Assembly: GCA_024276995.1 (NCBI GenBank)
Contig: JAJRWB010000014.1
Location: 138,751 to 202,750, forward strand
Length of the DNA: 64,000 bases
Direction of reading: 5' to 3'
Source of the DNA: Candidatus Eiseniibacteriota bacterium
GTDB lineage: Bacteria; Orphanbacterota; Orphanbacteria; Orphanbacterales; Orphanbacteraceae
Shown here: one piece after another, positions 1 to 9,106 of the stretch
Numbering within the stretch: position 1 is the stretch's first letter
Layout of the letters: every line of letters begins with the position of its first letter
Made by a program: the position numbers and the translations under genes
The notes under the pieces: generated by a model
What the model was told of the DNA's origin: nothing
Databases searched by the model: none
What the model saw: the letters and a program-made list of their open reading frames with translations, nothing else

Positions 1-180
1 GTCGTGGCGGAAAACGAAGCTGATCTTCTCGCGGAAATAGTACCATGTTTCGAGATAGCCGAGGGCGAGAGTGTCATCGGGGCGGCCGTAGATGCGGGCG
101 ACTTTCGAACGGATATCGGCCTGGCCGAACTTGGAGATCACCGCGTTGGAGAATTCACGATTTCTACCGGTGGGTACCAT
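1..180 (-). CDS. hypothetical protein, N-terminal fragment (gene continues beyond window start)
   Basis: The reverse-strand frame opens at ATG (complement of 178-180). GGAGGA (complement of 186-191) lies 5 nt upstream. The frame stays open to the window edge and has G/C-rich third codon positions like neighbouring genes. Translation MVPTGRNREFSNAVISKFGQADIRSKVARIYGRPDD... matches no family I recognise. Confidence 0.5.
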   Translation of the reverse strand, partial: MVPTGRNREFSNAVISKFGQADIRSKVARIYGRPDDTLALGYLETWYYFREKISFVFRHD

Positions 181-298
181 AGGACTCCTCCCGGGTGAAA
201 GCAAAGATGTGAAATCCTTCTGGCTACCGGGATTAATGTTAACACAGTCGCGCCGACGAGTCAAGCGCGTCGAACCGCCGTCACGGCGACGTTCGCCC

Positions 299-327
299 TT
301 GACACGAGACGGAGCGGTTGCTAATCT
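299..327 (+). promoter_or_regulatory. candidate sigma70-type promoter for the tRNA-Phe/tRNA-Thr (and possibly glmM-glmS) transcript
   Basis: TTGACA (299-304), a 17-nt spacer, then TAATCT (322-327), about 20 nt upstream of the tRNA-Phe 5' end. Confidence 0.45.
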
Positions 328-348
328 CGCAGCCGCCTTAAGCGTGCT

Positions 349-421
<73 letters not shown>

Positions 422-490
422 CTCTTATCGTTTTGCGGAATACCCCGGTTCGGCGCTGTTCGATCCGGTTCGAATGGCTCCCGGGAGCAC

Positions 491-563
<73 letters not shown>

Positions 564-589
564 CCCTCACCCCTCCCGCGAGGCCGACC

Positions 590-1939
590 ATGGCGGAACT
601 GAAGCTCACGATTTCCGGCGCCCGGGGCATTGTGGGCGAGAGCCTGACCGCCGGTGTTGTGGTTCGCCTCGGCGGAGCCTTCGCCGGGCTTGTCGGCGGC
701 GGGACGGTTCTCATCGGGAGGGACACCCGCCGAACCGGTCCGATGGTGCGCGACGCCCTTCGCGCCGGTCTCACCGCCGCCGGTTCACCGGTGCGCGACT
801 GCGGCATCTGTTCAACCCCCGGACTTCTCCTCGGTGTCCGTCGGCGGGACGACATCGCCGGCGGGGTGATCGTGACGGCGAGCCACAACCCGATCGAGTG
901 GAACGCCTTGAAATTCGTCGGCCCGGATGGTGCGTTTCTTTCGCCCGAGGCGGGGGACGAAGTGAAGCGTCTTTTCGGCGCGCCGGAGGATCCGGGCGTT
1001 TCGTGGAACCTCGTCGGCACTGTGACGGCGGGTCCGCCGGTGGAAGAGGAACATGTCGAAGCGGTCCTTCGCTGCGAACTGATCGATGTCGAGGCGATCC
1101 GCGCCCGCCGCTTCCCCGTGGTGCTCGACGGAACAGGAGGCGCCGGCGCGAAGGGGGCACTGGCGCTCCTCGACGCCCTCGACTGCGACGTGACGGCGAT
1201 ACACTGCGATGCGGACGGAACGTTCCCGCGTCCGCCGGAACCTAAACCGGAGAATCTGGGTGACCTTTGCGAAGCGGTTTCCCGGTCGGGGGCGGCGGTC
1301 GGCTTCGCCCTAGATCCCGACGGCGACCGGCTCAGCCTCGTTTCCGGAGGGGGGCACCCCCTGGTGGAGGAGGCGACGGTCGCTCTTGCGGTGCGGTATG
1401 TTCTCTCCAAAAGGAAAGGTCCTGTCGTGGTCAATCTCTCGACGTCGCGCGCCTCGGAAGACCTGGCGGCAATAAGCGGCGTGCCTTTCTATCGGACGCC
1501 GGTGGGGGAGGCGCACGTCGCCGCGAAGATGGTCGAAACCGGCGCGGTGATCGGCGGAGAGGGGAACGGGGGGGTCATGCTTCCGGCGGTGCATCCGGCG
1601 AGGGACGCCCTCGTGGGGATCGCCTTGACGCTGCAATCGATGGCGGACGGCGGCGGCTCGATCGGCGAACAGGCCGAGGCGCTCCCATCGTATGAAATAC
1701 GGAAAACGGTGCTGTCGGCCGATCCTTTCGACAGGGACGCCCTGGAAAAGCGTCTCGCCGACGCCTTGGGTGAGTGCTCCATCGATCGGCGGGACGGCAT
1801 CCGGTTCGACTGGAAGGATCGCTGGCTCCACGTGCGCGCCTCGAACACCGAACCGGTGGTTCGGATCATTGCGGAAGCACCTGACGGGGAAGGGGCGAAG
1901 CGGCTCCTCGTCGCGGCGGCCGAAGCGCTTGGCGGTTGA
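590..1939 (+). CDS. glmM: phosphohexomutase, most likely phosphoglucosamine mutase (GlmM/PMM family)
   Basis: 449 aa with the phosphoserine-loop motif TASHNPIEWNALKF and the alpha-D-phosphohexomutase layout. It sits directly upstream of glmS. Substrate specificity (GlcN-6-P vs Man/Glc) is not resolvable by eye. Confidence 0.8.
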   Translation: MAELKLTISGARGIVGESLTAGVVVRLGGAFAGLVGGGTVLIGRDTRRTGPMVRDALRAGLTAAGSPVRDCGICSTPGLLLGVRRRDDIAGGVIVTASHNPIEWNALKFVGPDGAFLSPEAGDEVKRLFGAPEDPGVSWNLVGTVTAGPPVEEEHVEAVLRCELIDVEAIRARRFPVVLDGTGGAGAKGALALLDALDCDVTAIHCDADGTFPRPPEPKPENLGDLCEAVSRSGAAVGFALDPDGDRLSLVSGGGHPLVEEATVALAVRYVLSKRKGPVVVNLSTSRASEDLAAISGVPFYRTPVGEAHVAAKMVETGAVIGGEGNGGVMLPAVHPARDALVGIALTLQSMADGGGSIGEQAEALPSYEIRKTVLSADPFDRDALEKRLADALGECSIDRRDGIRFDWKDRWLHVRASNTEPVVRIIAEAPDGEGAKRLLVAAAEALGG

Positions 1940-1969
1940 ACGCCTGCTGCTTCGGAATCGGAGAATGCG

Positions 1970-3796
1970 ATGTGCGGCATCATCGGATACGCGGGAAAGA
2001 AGCCGGCGAGCCCCCTTCTCCTAGAAGGGTTGAGGCGGCTCGAGTATAGGGGCTACGATTCGGCGGGCATGGCGCTCGAAGAGGGTGATCACCTCTCGAC
2101 CGTCAAGACGGTGGGGAAGATCGCTGTCCTCGCCGACACGCTCGGCCGCGCGCCGATGACCGGAACGGTCGGCGTCGCGCACACGCGCTGGGCGACCCAC
2201 GGGATCCCGTCGCACGCCAACGCCCATCCCCATCTCGACTCGGAAGACGTCATCGCCGTGGTGCATAACGGGATCATCGAAAACTTCATCAGCCTGAGAA
2301 AATGGCTGGAGGGAGAGGGAATCGAGTTCCGCAGCGAGTCGGACACCGAGGTGCTCGCCCACTTGATCCGCTACTTCTTCACCACCACTCTCGAGGATGC
2401 CGTTCAGAAGGCGCTCCGCGAGGTGGAGGGAACCTACGGCATCGCCGTCCTTTCGAGCCTAGACCCGGGGAAGATCGTCGGCGCCCGCAACGGCTCACCC
2501 CTCGTGGTCGGCGTCGGCAGGGGCGAGAACTTCATCGCGTCCGACGTGACGGCGCTTCTCGAGCATACCCGCCAGGTGATCTACCTCGATGACCGGGAGA
2601 TGGTGGTGATCGACAGCGATCACGTTCACATCACCAACCTGGAAAATGTGACCATCGAAAGGAAACCCGAAGAGGTGCTCTGGGACGTGGGGGACGTCGA
2701 GAAGGGCGGGTACGGCCATTACATGCGCAAGGAGATCGCCGAGCAGCCCCGCACGATCCGCGACGCCTACTCCGGCCGCGTGGTGGAGGAGTCGGGGATG
2801 GCCCATCTCGGCGGGCTCAACATACCGATGGAGACCCTCCAGGATCTGAACCGCGTGATCATCACGGCGTGCGGTACGTCGTGGCATGCCGGGTTGATCG
2901 GCGAATACATGATCGAGGAGTTTTCCCGCCTCCCGGTGGAGGTGGAGTACGCATCCGAGTTCCGCTATCGCAACCCGGTGGTCGATCACAACGACCTTGT
3001 GGTGGTGATCAGCCAGTCGGGCGAGACGGCCGACACCCTCGCCGCCATGCGCGAGGCGCAGCGCCACGGCGCCCGGGCGATCGGCATCTGCAACGTCGTC
3101 GGCTCCACCATCGCCCGGGAGGCGGACGGGGGAATCTACACCCATGCCGGTCCCGAGATCGGCGTCGCCTCCACGAAGGCGTTCACATCGCAGGTGACGA
3201 CGCTCACCATCTTGAGCCTCCTTCTCGGCAGGCTGAGGAAGCTCTCCCAGCGGGAGGGACGGCGGATCGTCCACGCCCTCAAGAGGCTCCCCGCACAGGT
3301 GCAGTCGATACTCGATAGTGCCGAGCAGGTGGAGGCGATCGCGAAGCTCTATTACGAGAACAACAACTTCCTCTACCTCGGTCGGGGGTACAATTTCCCC
3401 GTCGCCCTCGAAGGCGCCTTGAAGTTGAAGGAAATCAGTTACATCCACGCCGAAGGATACCCGGCGGCCGAGATGAAGCACGGACCGATCGCGCTGATCG
3501 ACAAGAACATGCCGGTGGTGTTCATCGCCTTGAAGGACAGCGCCTACGGGAAGGTGATCGGCAACATCCAGCAGGTCGTTTCGAGAGGGGGGAGGATCAT
3601 CGCCCTCGCCACCGAGGGGGACGACGTGATCCGCAAGTTCGCGGAACATGTGATTTATTTGCCGGCGACGCTCGAACCGCTCACGCCGATCCTCTCGGTC
3701 ATCCCGCTGCAGCTTCTCGCGTACTTCATCGCCGTCGAGAGGGGATGTGATGTCGACCAGCCGCGGAATCTGGCGAAGAGCGTGACGGTGGAGTGA
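1970..3796 (+). CDS. glmS: glutamine--fructose-6-phosphate aminotransferase
   Basis: 608 aa. N-terminal MCGIIGY gives the Cys nucleophile of a class II amidotransferase. Two SIS domains follow, and the C-terminus is ...NLAKSVTVE. Confidence 0.97.
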   Translation: MCGIIGYAGKKPASPLLLEGLRRLEYRGYDSAGMALEEGDHLSTVKTVGKIAVLADTLGRAPMTGTVGVAHTRWATHGIPSHANAHPHLDSEDVIAVVHNGIIENFISLRKWLEGEGIEFRSESDTEVLAHLIRYFFTTTLEDAVQKALREVEGTYGIAVLSSLDPGKIVGARNGSPLVVGVGRGENFIASDVTALLEHTRQVIYLDDREMVVIDSDHVHITNLENVTIERKPEEVLWDVGDVEKGGYGHYMRKEIAEQPRTIRDAYSGRVVEESGMAHLGGLNIPMETLQDLNRVIITACGTSWHAGLIGEYMIEEFSRLPVEVEYASEFRYRNPVVDHNDLVVVISQSGETADTLAAMREAQRHGARAIGICNVVGSTIAREADGGIYTHAGPEIGVASTKAFTSQVTTLTILSLLLGRLRKLSQREGRRIVHALKRLPAQVQSILDSAEQVEAIAKLYYENNNFLYLGRGYNFPVALEGALKLKEISYIHAEGYPAAEMKHGPIALIDKNMPVVFIALKDSAYGKVIGNIQQVVSRGGRIIALATEGDDVIRKFAEHVIYLPATLEPLTPILSVIPLQLLAYFIAVERGCDVDQPRNLAKSVTVE

Positions 3797-3800
3797 GAGA

Positions 3801-4196
3801 TTGAAACAGAAATCGACAATCCGGACAACGGGGGCGCCGGCGGCGGTCGGTCCGTACAGCCAGGCGATCGCGGCGGGAGGCTTCCTATTCACCGCCGGGC
3901 AGATCGCCCTCGATCCGGAAGGCGGCTCGACCGCCGGATCGACCGTGGGGGAGCAGACCGCGAGGGTGCTCGAGAATCTTCGCGCCGTGCTCGAAGCGGG
4001 CGGGGCGACTCCGGGCGACGTGGTGAAGACGACCGTCTATCTTTCAGACTTGAACGGCTTCGGCGAAATGAACGAAGTGTACGCCCGCTTCTTCGGCGAT
4101 TGGGCGCCGGCGCGGTCGTGCGTCGAGGTGAGTCGCCTTCCGAAGGGGGCGCTCGTGGAGATCGACGCCGTCGCCGTGGTGAAGCGACAAGCATGA
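3801..4196 (+). CDS. ridA: RidA/YjgF family reactive-intermediate deaminase
   Basis: 131 aa with GPYSQAIAAGGFLFTAGQIALDP and ...ARSCVEVSRLPKGALVEIDAV, typical of YjgF/UK114. TTG start. Confidence 0.9.
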   Translation: MKQKSTIRTTGAPAAVGPYSQAIAAGGFLFTAGQIALDPEGGSTAGSTVGEQTARVLENLRAVLEAGGATPGDVVKTTVYLSDLNGFGEMNEVYARFFGDWAPARSCVEVSRLPKGALVEIDAVAVVKRQA

Positions 4197-4211
4197 CCGT
4201 TCGCGAAAGAA

Positions 4212-4309
4212 GGGAGTGGATAGGTCCTGGTGGGCCTCGAGGACTTCAAATCCTTCCGTCGGGTGCTAAAACCATCCGAGGTGGGTTCGATTCCCACACA
4301 TTCCCGCCA
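4212..4309 (+). tRNA. selC: tRNA-Sec (anticodon UCA), selenocysteine tRNA
   Basis: 98 nt with TCA in the loop CTTCAAA. The D-stem is 6 bp with a 4-nt loop (AGGTCC-TGGT-GGGCCT). The long variable arm has a 7-bp stem (TCGGGTG / CATCCGA). The 8-position acceptor GGGAGTGG / ACATTCCC contains one G-U pair and one terminal mismatch. The T-arm is GTGGG-TTCGATT-CCCAC, the discriminator is G, and CCA is encoded. Confidence 0.85.
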
Positions 4310-4318
4310 CTTTCCCGC

Positions 4319-4840
4319 CTGGGGAAGAATCTCTTCTCCCCGGCGGCGCTCTTCCTATTCGCGGTGTTCTTGTCGCTAAACCCTCTGTTCACCGCGGAGG
4401 TGAAAGGGGCCGGCCCCGCGGACGAACCGACCCCCTCCCCATTCTGGTCGTGCATCCGATCCGCCGTCGTTCCGGGATGGGGTCAGATTCACAACGGCAG
4501 CCCGCTCAGGGGAGCGATGATCTTTTCGGCGCAGGCGTACTTCCTGACCCGCTTCGCCGCCGCCGAGAAACGGAGTTCGTACTACCGCGATCGGATGGTC
4601 GATCCTTCGGCGGCTTGGGACGCGGCGTATCTTCAGGAAAAGTATGATGACCGGCGCGGCATCCGGAACGATATGGTATGGTGGATGACGATTTTCGGAC
4701 TCTATTCGCTTATCGATGCGTACGTCGACGCGAGCATGGCCGGCTTCGACCGCGAGATCGCCGATGTCGAGCGCGTCACGTTCGGCACCGGCGAGACGCC
4801 CGGCGGCGATCACGTCGTCACCGTGACGGTGGCGTGGTAG
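4319..4840 (+). CDS. membrane/secreted protein with DUF5683-like motif; start codon unresolved
   Basis: The track ORF 4100-4840 overlaps ridA and the tRNA-Sec, so the true start must lie downstream of 4309. The sequence has a signal-like segment GKNLFSPAALFLFAVFLSLNPLFTA followed by SAVVPGWGQIHNG, which resembles the DUF5683 motif. The only in-frame codon that keeps the signal peptide is CTG at 4319; GTG 4364 and TTG 4370 would truncate it. Confidence 0.55.
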   Translation: MGKNLFSPAALFLFAVFLSLNPLFTAEVKGAGPADEPTPSPFWSCIRSAVVPGWGQIHNGSPLRGAMIFSAQAYFLTRFAAAEKRSSYYRDRMVDPSAAWDAAYLQEKYDDRRGIRNDMVWWMTIFGLYSLIDAYVDASMAGFDREIADVERVTFGTGETPGGDHVVTVTVAW

Positions 4841-4862
4841 AACGACGGAGGAAATAGGATCG

Positions 4863-5498
4863 TTGGGGAAAAGAGGCAAACCGGCGAGGCGGACGAAAGG
4901 GCGGGTCGGAGGGCGGAAAGGTTCGATCTTCCGCGAATACGGCGAGGCGATCCTCGTCTCGGCGGTGCTCTTCTTCTTTCTGCGATCGTTCGTTGTCCAG
5001 GCGTATCAGATTCCCTCCGGGTCGATGGAGGACACGTTGCTCATCGGCGACTTCCTCGTGGCGAACAAGTTTCTCTACGGCGGTCGCGTGCCCGGCACCG
5101 ATTGGCGTCTTCCCGCCGTTCGCCCACCCCGGAGGGGGGACATCATCGTCTTCCGCGCCCCCCATGTCGACAAGGATTTCATCAAACGGTGCATCGCGGT
5201 CGAGGGGGACACCGTGGAGCTGAGGGACAACGTGGTCTACCTGAATAACGTACGACAAGACGAACCGTACGTCGTCTTCAAGGGCACGGCACCGCCGAAG
5301 GCGAACTGGGGCCCCGAGGTGATTCCGAAGGGAAAATTGCTCATGCTCGGCGACAACCGGAACCAGAGCAGCGACAGTCGCTACTGGGGTCTGCTCGACA
5401 AGAACCGCGTGGAGGGACGCGCCATGTTCCTCTACTTCTCCTGGAACCGAGAACGCTTCCTGCCACGGCTGCGGAGGCTTTTCAGGGTGATCCGCTGA
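4863..5498 (+). CDS. lepB: signal peptidase I
   Basis: 211 aa with an N-terminal TM segment, the catalytic Ser box PSGSMEDTL, a Lys box, and [14 protein letters not shown]. Confidence 0.92.
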   Translation: MGKRGKPARRTKGRVGGRKGSIFREYGEAILVSAVLFFFLRSFVVQAYQIPSGSMEDTLLIGDFLVANKFLYGGRVPGTDWRLPAVRPPRRGDIIVFRAPHVDKDFIKRCIAVEGDTVELRDNVVYLNNVRQDEPYVVFKGTAPPKANWGPEVIPKGKLLMLGDNRNQSSDSRYWGLLDKNRVEGRAMFLYFSWNRERFLPRLRRLFRVIR

Positions 5499-5523
5499 GC
5501 GGACCGGCCCGATACGGAAACCG

Positions 5524-7341
5524 ATGAGCCAGCTACAGAAGCGGATTCGCAATTTCTGCATCATCGCCCATATCGATCACGGCAAGTCGACCCTCGCCGA
5601 CCGGATCCTCGAGCGCACCGGCACGCTTTCGCGCGGCGAGATGCGCGACCAGGTTCTCGACAGCATGGACCTCGAACGGGAGAGGGGGATCACCATCAAG
5701 GCCCACGCGATCCGGATCGACTACAAGGATGCGACCGGGCACGAGTGGGCGCTCAACCTGATCGACACTCCGGGCCATGTCGATTTCTCCTACGAAGTCT
5801 CCCGTTCCCTCGCCGCGTGCGAGGGGGCTCTCCTCGTGGTGGACGCCTCCCAGGGGATCGAGGCGCAGACGATCGCCAATTTCTACCTCGCCCTCGAACA
5901 CGATCTCGCCATCGTCCCGGTGCTGAACAAGATCGACCTGCCGAACGCGCGAACCGAGGCGGTGAAGGAAGCACTCTGCGATCTTACCGGGGAAAGCCCG
6001 GAAAACGTCTTCGAAATCAGCGCCCGCACGGGCGAGGGGGTGGACGAACTCCTCGATCGAATGACCGACCTGATCCCTCCCCCCGCCGGGCGCGAGGAGG
6101 ATCCGCTCCAGGCGCTCATTTTCGATTCCGTGTTCGACCGCTTTCGCGGTGTGAACATCTACCTCCGTCTGATGCAGGGGCGTGTGCGTTCGGGGGATAC
6201 GATCCGCTTTCTCGCCACCGGCGACGAGAGGGTCGTCGACGAGGTGGGGGTCTTCCGCTTGAAGCGGGTGCCCCGAGAGGAGCTGTGCGCCGGTGAGGTC
6301 GGCTACATTCTCGCCGGGATCAAGCAGATCCGCCACGCCCAGGTGGGCGACACGGTCACCCTCTCTCGTGAAGGCGCCGTGGAGGCTTTGCCCGGGTTCC
6401 AAGAACCGAAGCCGATGGTATTCAGCGGCATGTTCCCCACCGATCCGGGGGAGTACGACCTCCTGCGCGACGCCCTCGAGAAGCTCCACCTCAACGACGC
6501 GGCGATCACCTTCGAACCGGAATCGTCGGAAGCGCTCGGCTTCGGTTTCCGCTGCGGTTTTCTCGGCATGCTCCACCTCGAGGTCGTCCAGGAGCGCCTC
6601 GAGAGAGAATACGACCTCAACCTGATCAGCACGATCCCGAGCGTCGTCTTTAGGGCGATACTCAACGACGGCTCGGTGAAGCGGGTCGACAACCCGAGGC
6701 ATCTTCCCGATCCGGGAGAGATCGAAAGGATCGAAGAGCCGATAGTCGATGCGCGAATCATCACGCCCACCGAGTACATGGGCAATGTCAACAAGCTGAT
6801 CGGGGAGAAGCGCGGAGTGCACAAGGAGATGGAGTATCTAGAGCCGACGCGGGTCCAACTCCGTTTCGAGCTTCCTCTCGCCGAGGTCGTCCTCGATTTC
6901 TACGACCGCCTCCAATCGGTGACCCGGGGATACGCATCGTACGATTACGAGCACTCCGGTTTCACCACCTCCGACATGGTCCGCCTCGACGTGCTCGTCA
7001 ACGGAGAGCCGGTCGACGCCCTGTCGATCATCGTGCACCGGGAGAAAGCGTATTCGTGGGGCCGGCAACTAACCGGGCGGCTCAAGGAACTGATCCCGAG
7101 ACAGATGTACCAGGTGGCGATCCAGGCGGCCATCGGGACGAAGGTGATCGCCCGGGAGACGGTCTCGGCCTACCGGAAAGACGTGATCGCCAAGTGCTAC
7201 GGCGGCGACATCACGCGCAAGCGGAAGCTCCTCGAGAAACAGAAAGAGGGGAAAAAGCGGATGAAGCAGATCGGGTCGGTCCAGATCCCCCAGGAAGCGT
7301 TTCTCGCCGTGCTCCGGGTGAATGACGACAAGGGAAAATAG
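5524..7341 (+). CDS. lepA: translation elongation factor 4 (LepA)
   Basis: 605 aa with [20 protein letters not shown] (G1), DTPGHVDF and NKIDL, plus the LepA-specific C-terminus ...[19 protein letters not shown]. Confidence 0.97.
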   Translation: MSQLQKRIRNFCIIAHIDHGKSTLADRILERTGTLSRGEMRDQVLDSMDLERERGITIKAHAIRIDYKDATGHEWALNLIDTPGHVDFSYEVSRSLAACEGALLVVDASQGIEAQTIANFYLALEHDLAIVPVLNKIDLPNARTEAVKEALCDLTGESPENVFEISARTGEGVDELLDRMTDLIPPPAGREEDPLQALIFDSVFDRFRGVNIYLRLMQGRVRSGDTIRFLATGDERVVDEVGVFRLKRVPREELCAGEVGYILAGIKQIRHAQVGDTVTLSREGAVEALPGFQEPKPMVFSGMFPTDPGEYDLLRDALEKLHLNDAAITFEPESSEALGFGFRCGFLGMLHLEVVQERLEREYDLNLISTIPSVVFRAILNDGSVKRVDNPRHLPDPGEIERIEEPIVDARIITPTEYMGNVNKLIGEKRGVHKEMEYLEPTRVQLRFELPLAEVVLDFYDRLQSVTRGYASYDYEHSGFTTSDMVRLDVLVNGEPVDALSIIVHREKAYSWGRQLTGRLKELIPRQMYQVAIQAAIGTKVIARETVSAYRKDVIAKCYGGDITRKRKLLEKQKEGKKRMKQIGSVQIPQEAFLAVLRVNDDKGK

Positions 7342-8338
7342 TTACGGCATTTTTGTCGCCCTGCCGCCGCCGGGCGATTCGCCCGCCGAGGCGGTCCTCG
7401 CCGGGGAGATCGCCTCCCCGCCCATTCCCTTTCCCACGAAGGGGCGCTGCACCGATCTTTATGTCGACTCGAAACGATCCTCCCCCTTCCCGGGCGGGCG
7501 AGCCGCCGGGGAAATCGCTCCCCTGGCGGAACTGATCCGCCGCCATGCCCCGCCGGAGCGCTCCTTCGAGATCGAGGCCGCCGGCGAGGAAACCGGACCG
7601 CTCTGCAACCAAGCCGTTCTCTTTCGCGACGCCGGGTTCAACCGGATCTGCCTCGCCGCTCCGGTCGGCGGGAGCGCCCTTCTCGTCCGATCGATCGATG
7701 CCGCCCGGTGCGCCGGAATCGACCGGATCGCCGTGGAACATCCCTTCGCCCGCGTCGGCGAAAGCGCGGCGGACGAGCGGGAAAGGCTCGCGGCGGCGGT
7801 CGAGGCGGGGGCCGAACACATCTCCCTCGTCGAACGGGCGGACCGGACGGTCGGCGAGGAGGAATGGCTCCGCCGCTACCGCGCCACATCGGACTTCCTC
7901 CGCCGCCGCGGTTTTCTCCGCTACGAGATCGCCCACTTCTCCCTTCCGGGTCGGGAGAGCGCCCACGTCCTTCGGGTTTTTCGTTGCGGCACCGTCGTCG
8001 GCTTCGGTCCCGGGGCGGTCAGTCGCAAGGGACGGCTGCGAGTCCGCCGCCCGGCGGACGACGTCGCCTCGACCCCCTTCACCCGAAAAGAGGCCGGCGA
8101 AACGATCTCTGCTGAAGAGAAGGCGTGGGAAGAGTTTTCCCTTGGCATCCGACTTGCAGAAGGTGTGGATATCGGGACGATCACCGCTCATCCGGGCAGA
8201 TCGTTCCGAGATGCGCTGATCGGCGCCGTGGAGGCGCTGGCGGCGTCCGGATGGCTCGAACGGGTCGGGGATCGTGTCCGATTGAGTAGGAAGGGGATCC
8301 CCCTGGCTGACAAAATAGCAGCCGATATGCTGCCATAA
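7322..8338 (+). CDS. hemW: HemW/HemN-like protein with degenerate radical-SAM core (no CxxxCxxC)
   Basis: 338 aa in the conserved post-lepA position. It retains family blocks: FEIEAAGEE resembles EITx[14 protein letters not shown] resembles GVNRLSxGVQS, and there are [27 protein letters not shown] and a HemN_C-like tail. Where LYIHIPFCxxxCxYC is expected it reads [16 protein letters not shown]. Confidence 0.7.
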   Translation: MTTRENSYGIFVALPPPGDSPAEAVLAGEIASPPIPFPTKGRCTDLYVDSKRSSPFPGGRAAGEIAPLAELIRRHAPPERSFEIEAAGEETGPLCNQAVLFRDAGFNRICLAAPVGGSALLVRSIDAARCAGIDRIAVEHPFARVGESAADERERLAAAVEAGAEHISLVERADRTVGEEEWLRRYRATSDFLRRRGFLRYEIAHFSLPGRESAHVLRVFRCGTVVGFGPGAVSRKGRLRVRRPADDVASTPFTRKEAGETISAEEKAWEEFSLGIRLAEGVDIGTITAHPGRSFRDALIGAVEALAASGWLERVGDRVRLSRKGIPLADKIAADMLP

Positions 8339-8416
8339 CGGCAGACCCTTACGGGCGGAGGTACATGGAATCGTCACGACACGGGCATTCGCCCGTTCGC
8401 TCGACAGGAGAGGAAC

Positions 8417-9061
8417 ATGGGGCAGCGGAAGAAGAAGCAGCCCGGCGCCGACGGGGGGAAGACCGGTCGGGAGAGTGGGCCGGAAGAGGTTACCGAGAAG
8501 AACGAGCCGTTGGCGGCCGAACCGGAAGACGGGAACGCGGAAAGGAAGGGCGAAGCTCCTCCCGAAGCGGACGGCCTCGAAGTGCTTCGCGAGGAGAACG
8601 AGAAGCTTCGCGACAAGTGGCTTCGTGCGGTGGCCGAACTGGACAATTTCCGCAAACGCGCCGCGCGTGACCGGCAAAGGGAGATCCTCTTCGCACGCAC
8701 GGCGGCGATCGTCCCTCTCCTCGAAGTGCTCGACGATGTCGAGCGCGCCGTCGACCACGAAGGCGCATCGGTGGATGATCTGCGAAGGGGGATCGAGATG
8801 ATCCGGGACAAGTTCATCGACAAGCTCGCATCGATCGGTGTCGAGGCGATCGAGTCGATGGAAAAACCGTTCGACCCCGAGAGGATGGACGCCCTCGCCA
8901 CCGTTCCGTGTGCCGATGTCCCGGCGGGAACGGTGATCGGTGAAATCAGGAAAGGTTATCTACTGAACGATGCAGTGATCCGGCACGCCCAGGTCTCGGT
9001 CGCCGCCGTACCCGACGATGACGGACCGGACGGCGACGAGAAGGGTCGTTCCGAGGGATAG
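8417..9061 (+). CDS. grpE: nucleotide exchange factor GrpE
   Basis: 214 aa with LRDKWLRAVAELDNFRKRAARD and the C-terminal beta domain. An AGGAGAGGA RBS lies upstream, and the gene precedes dnaK. Confidence 0.93.
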   Translation: MGQRKKKQPGADGGKTGRESGPEEVTEKNEPLAAEPEDGNAERKGEAPPEADGLEVLREENEKLRDKWLRAVAELDNFRKRAARDRQREILFARTAAIVPLLEVLDDVERAVDHEGASVDDLRRGIEMIRDKFIDKLASIGVEAIESMEKPFDPERMDALATVPCADVPAGTVIGEIRKGYLLNDAVIRHAQVSVAAVPDDDGPDGDEKGRSEG

Positions 9062-9106
9062 AAGAAAAGGAGAATGTCGCGAAAGCGAACGGCAAGGAGA
9101 TAGAAA

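Noticed and set aside
1940-1969. glmS ribozyme upstream of glmS
   Set aside because: Only 30 nt separate glmM and glmS, which is far too short for the about 170-nt ribozyme, and no conserved core is visible.
8339-8416. Possible sigma32-type heat-shock promoter (CCCTTAC...CATGGAAT) or CIRCE operator upstream of grpE
   Set aside because: The match to CTTGAAA-N13-17-CCCCATNT is poor and no inverted repeat resembling CIRCE is present. It is recorded under findings only as an absence.
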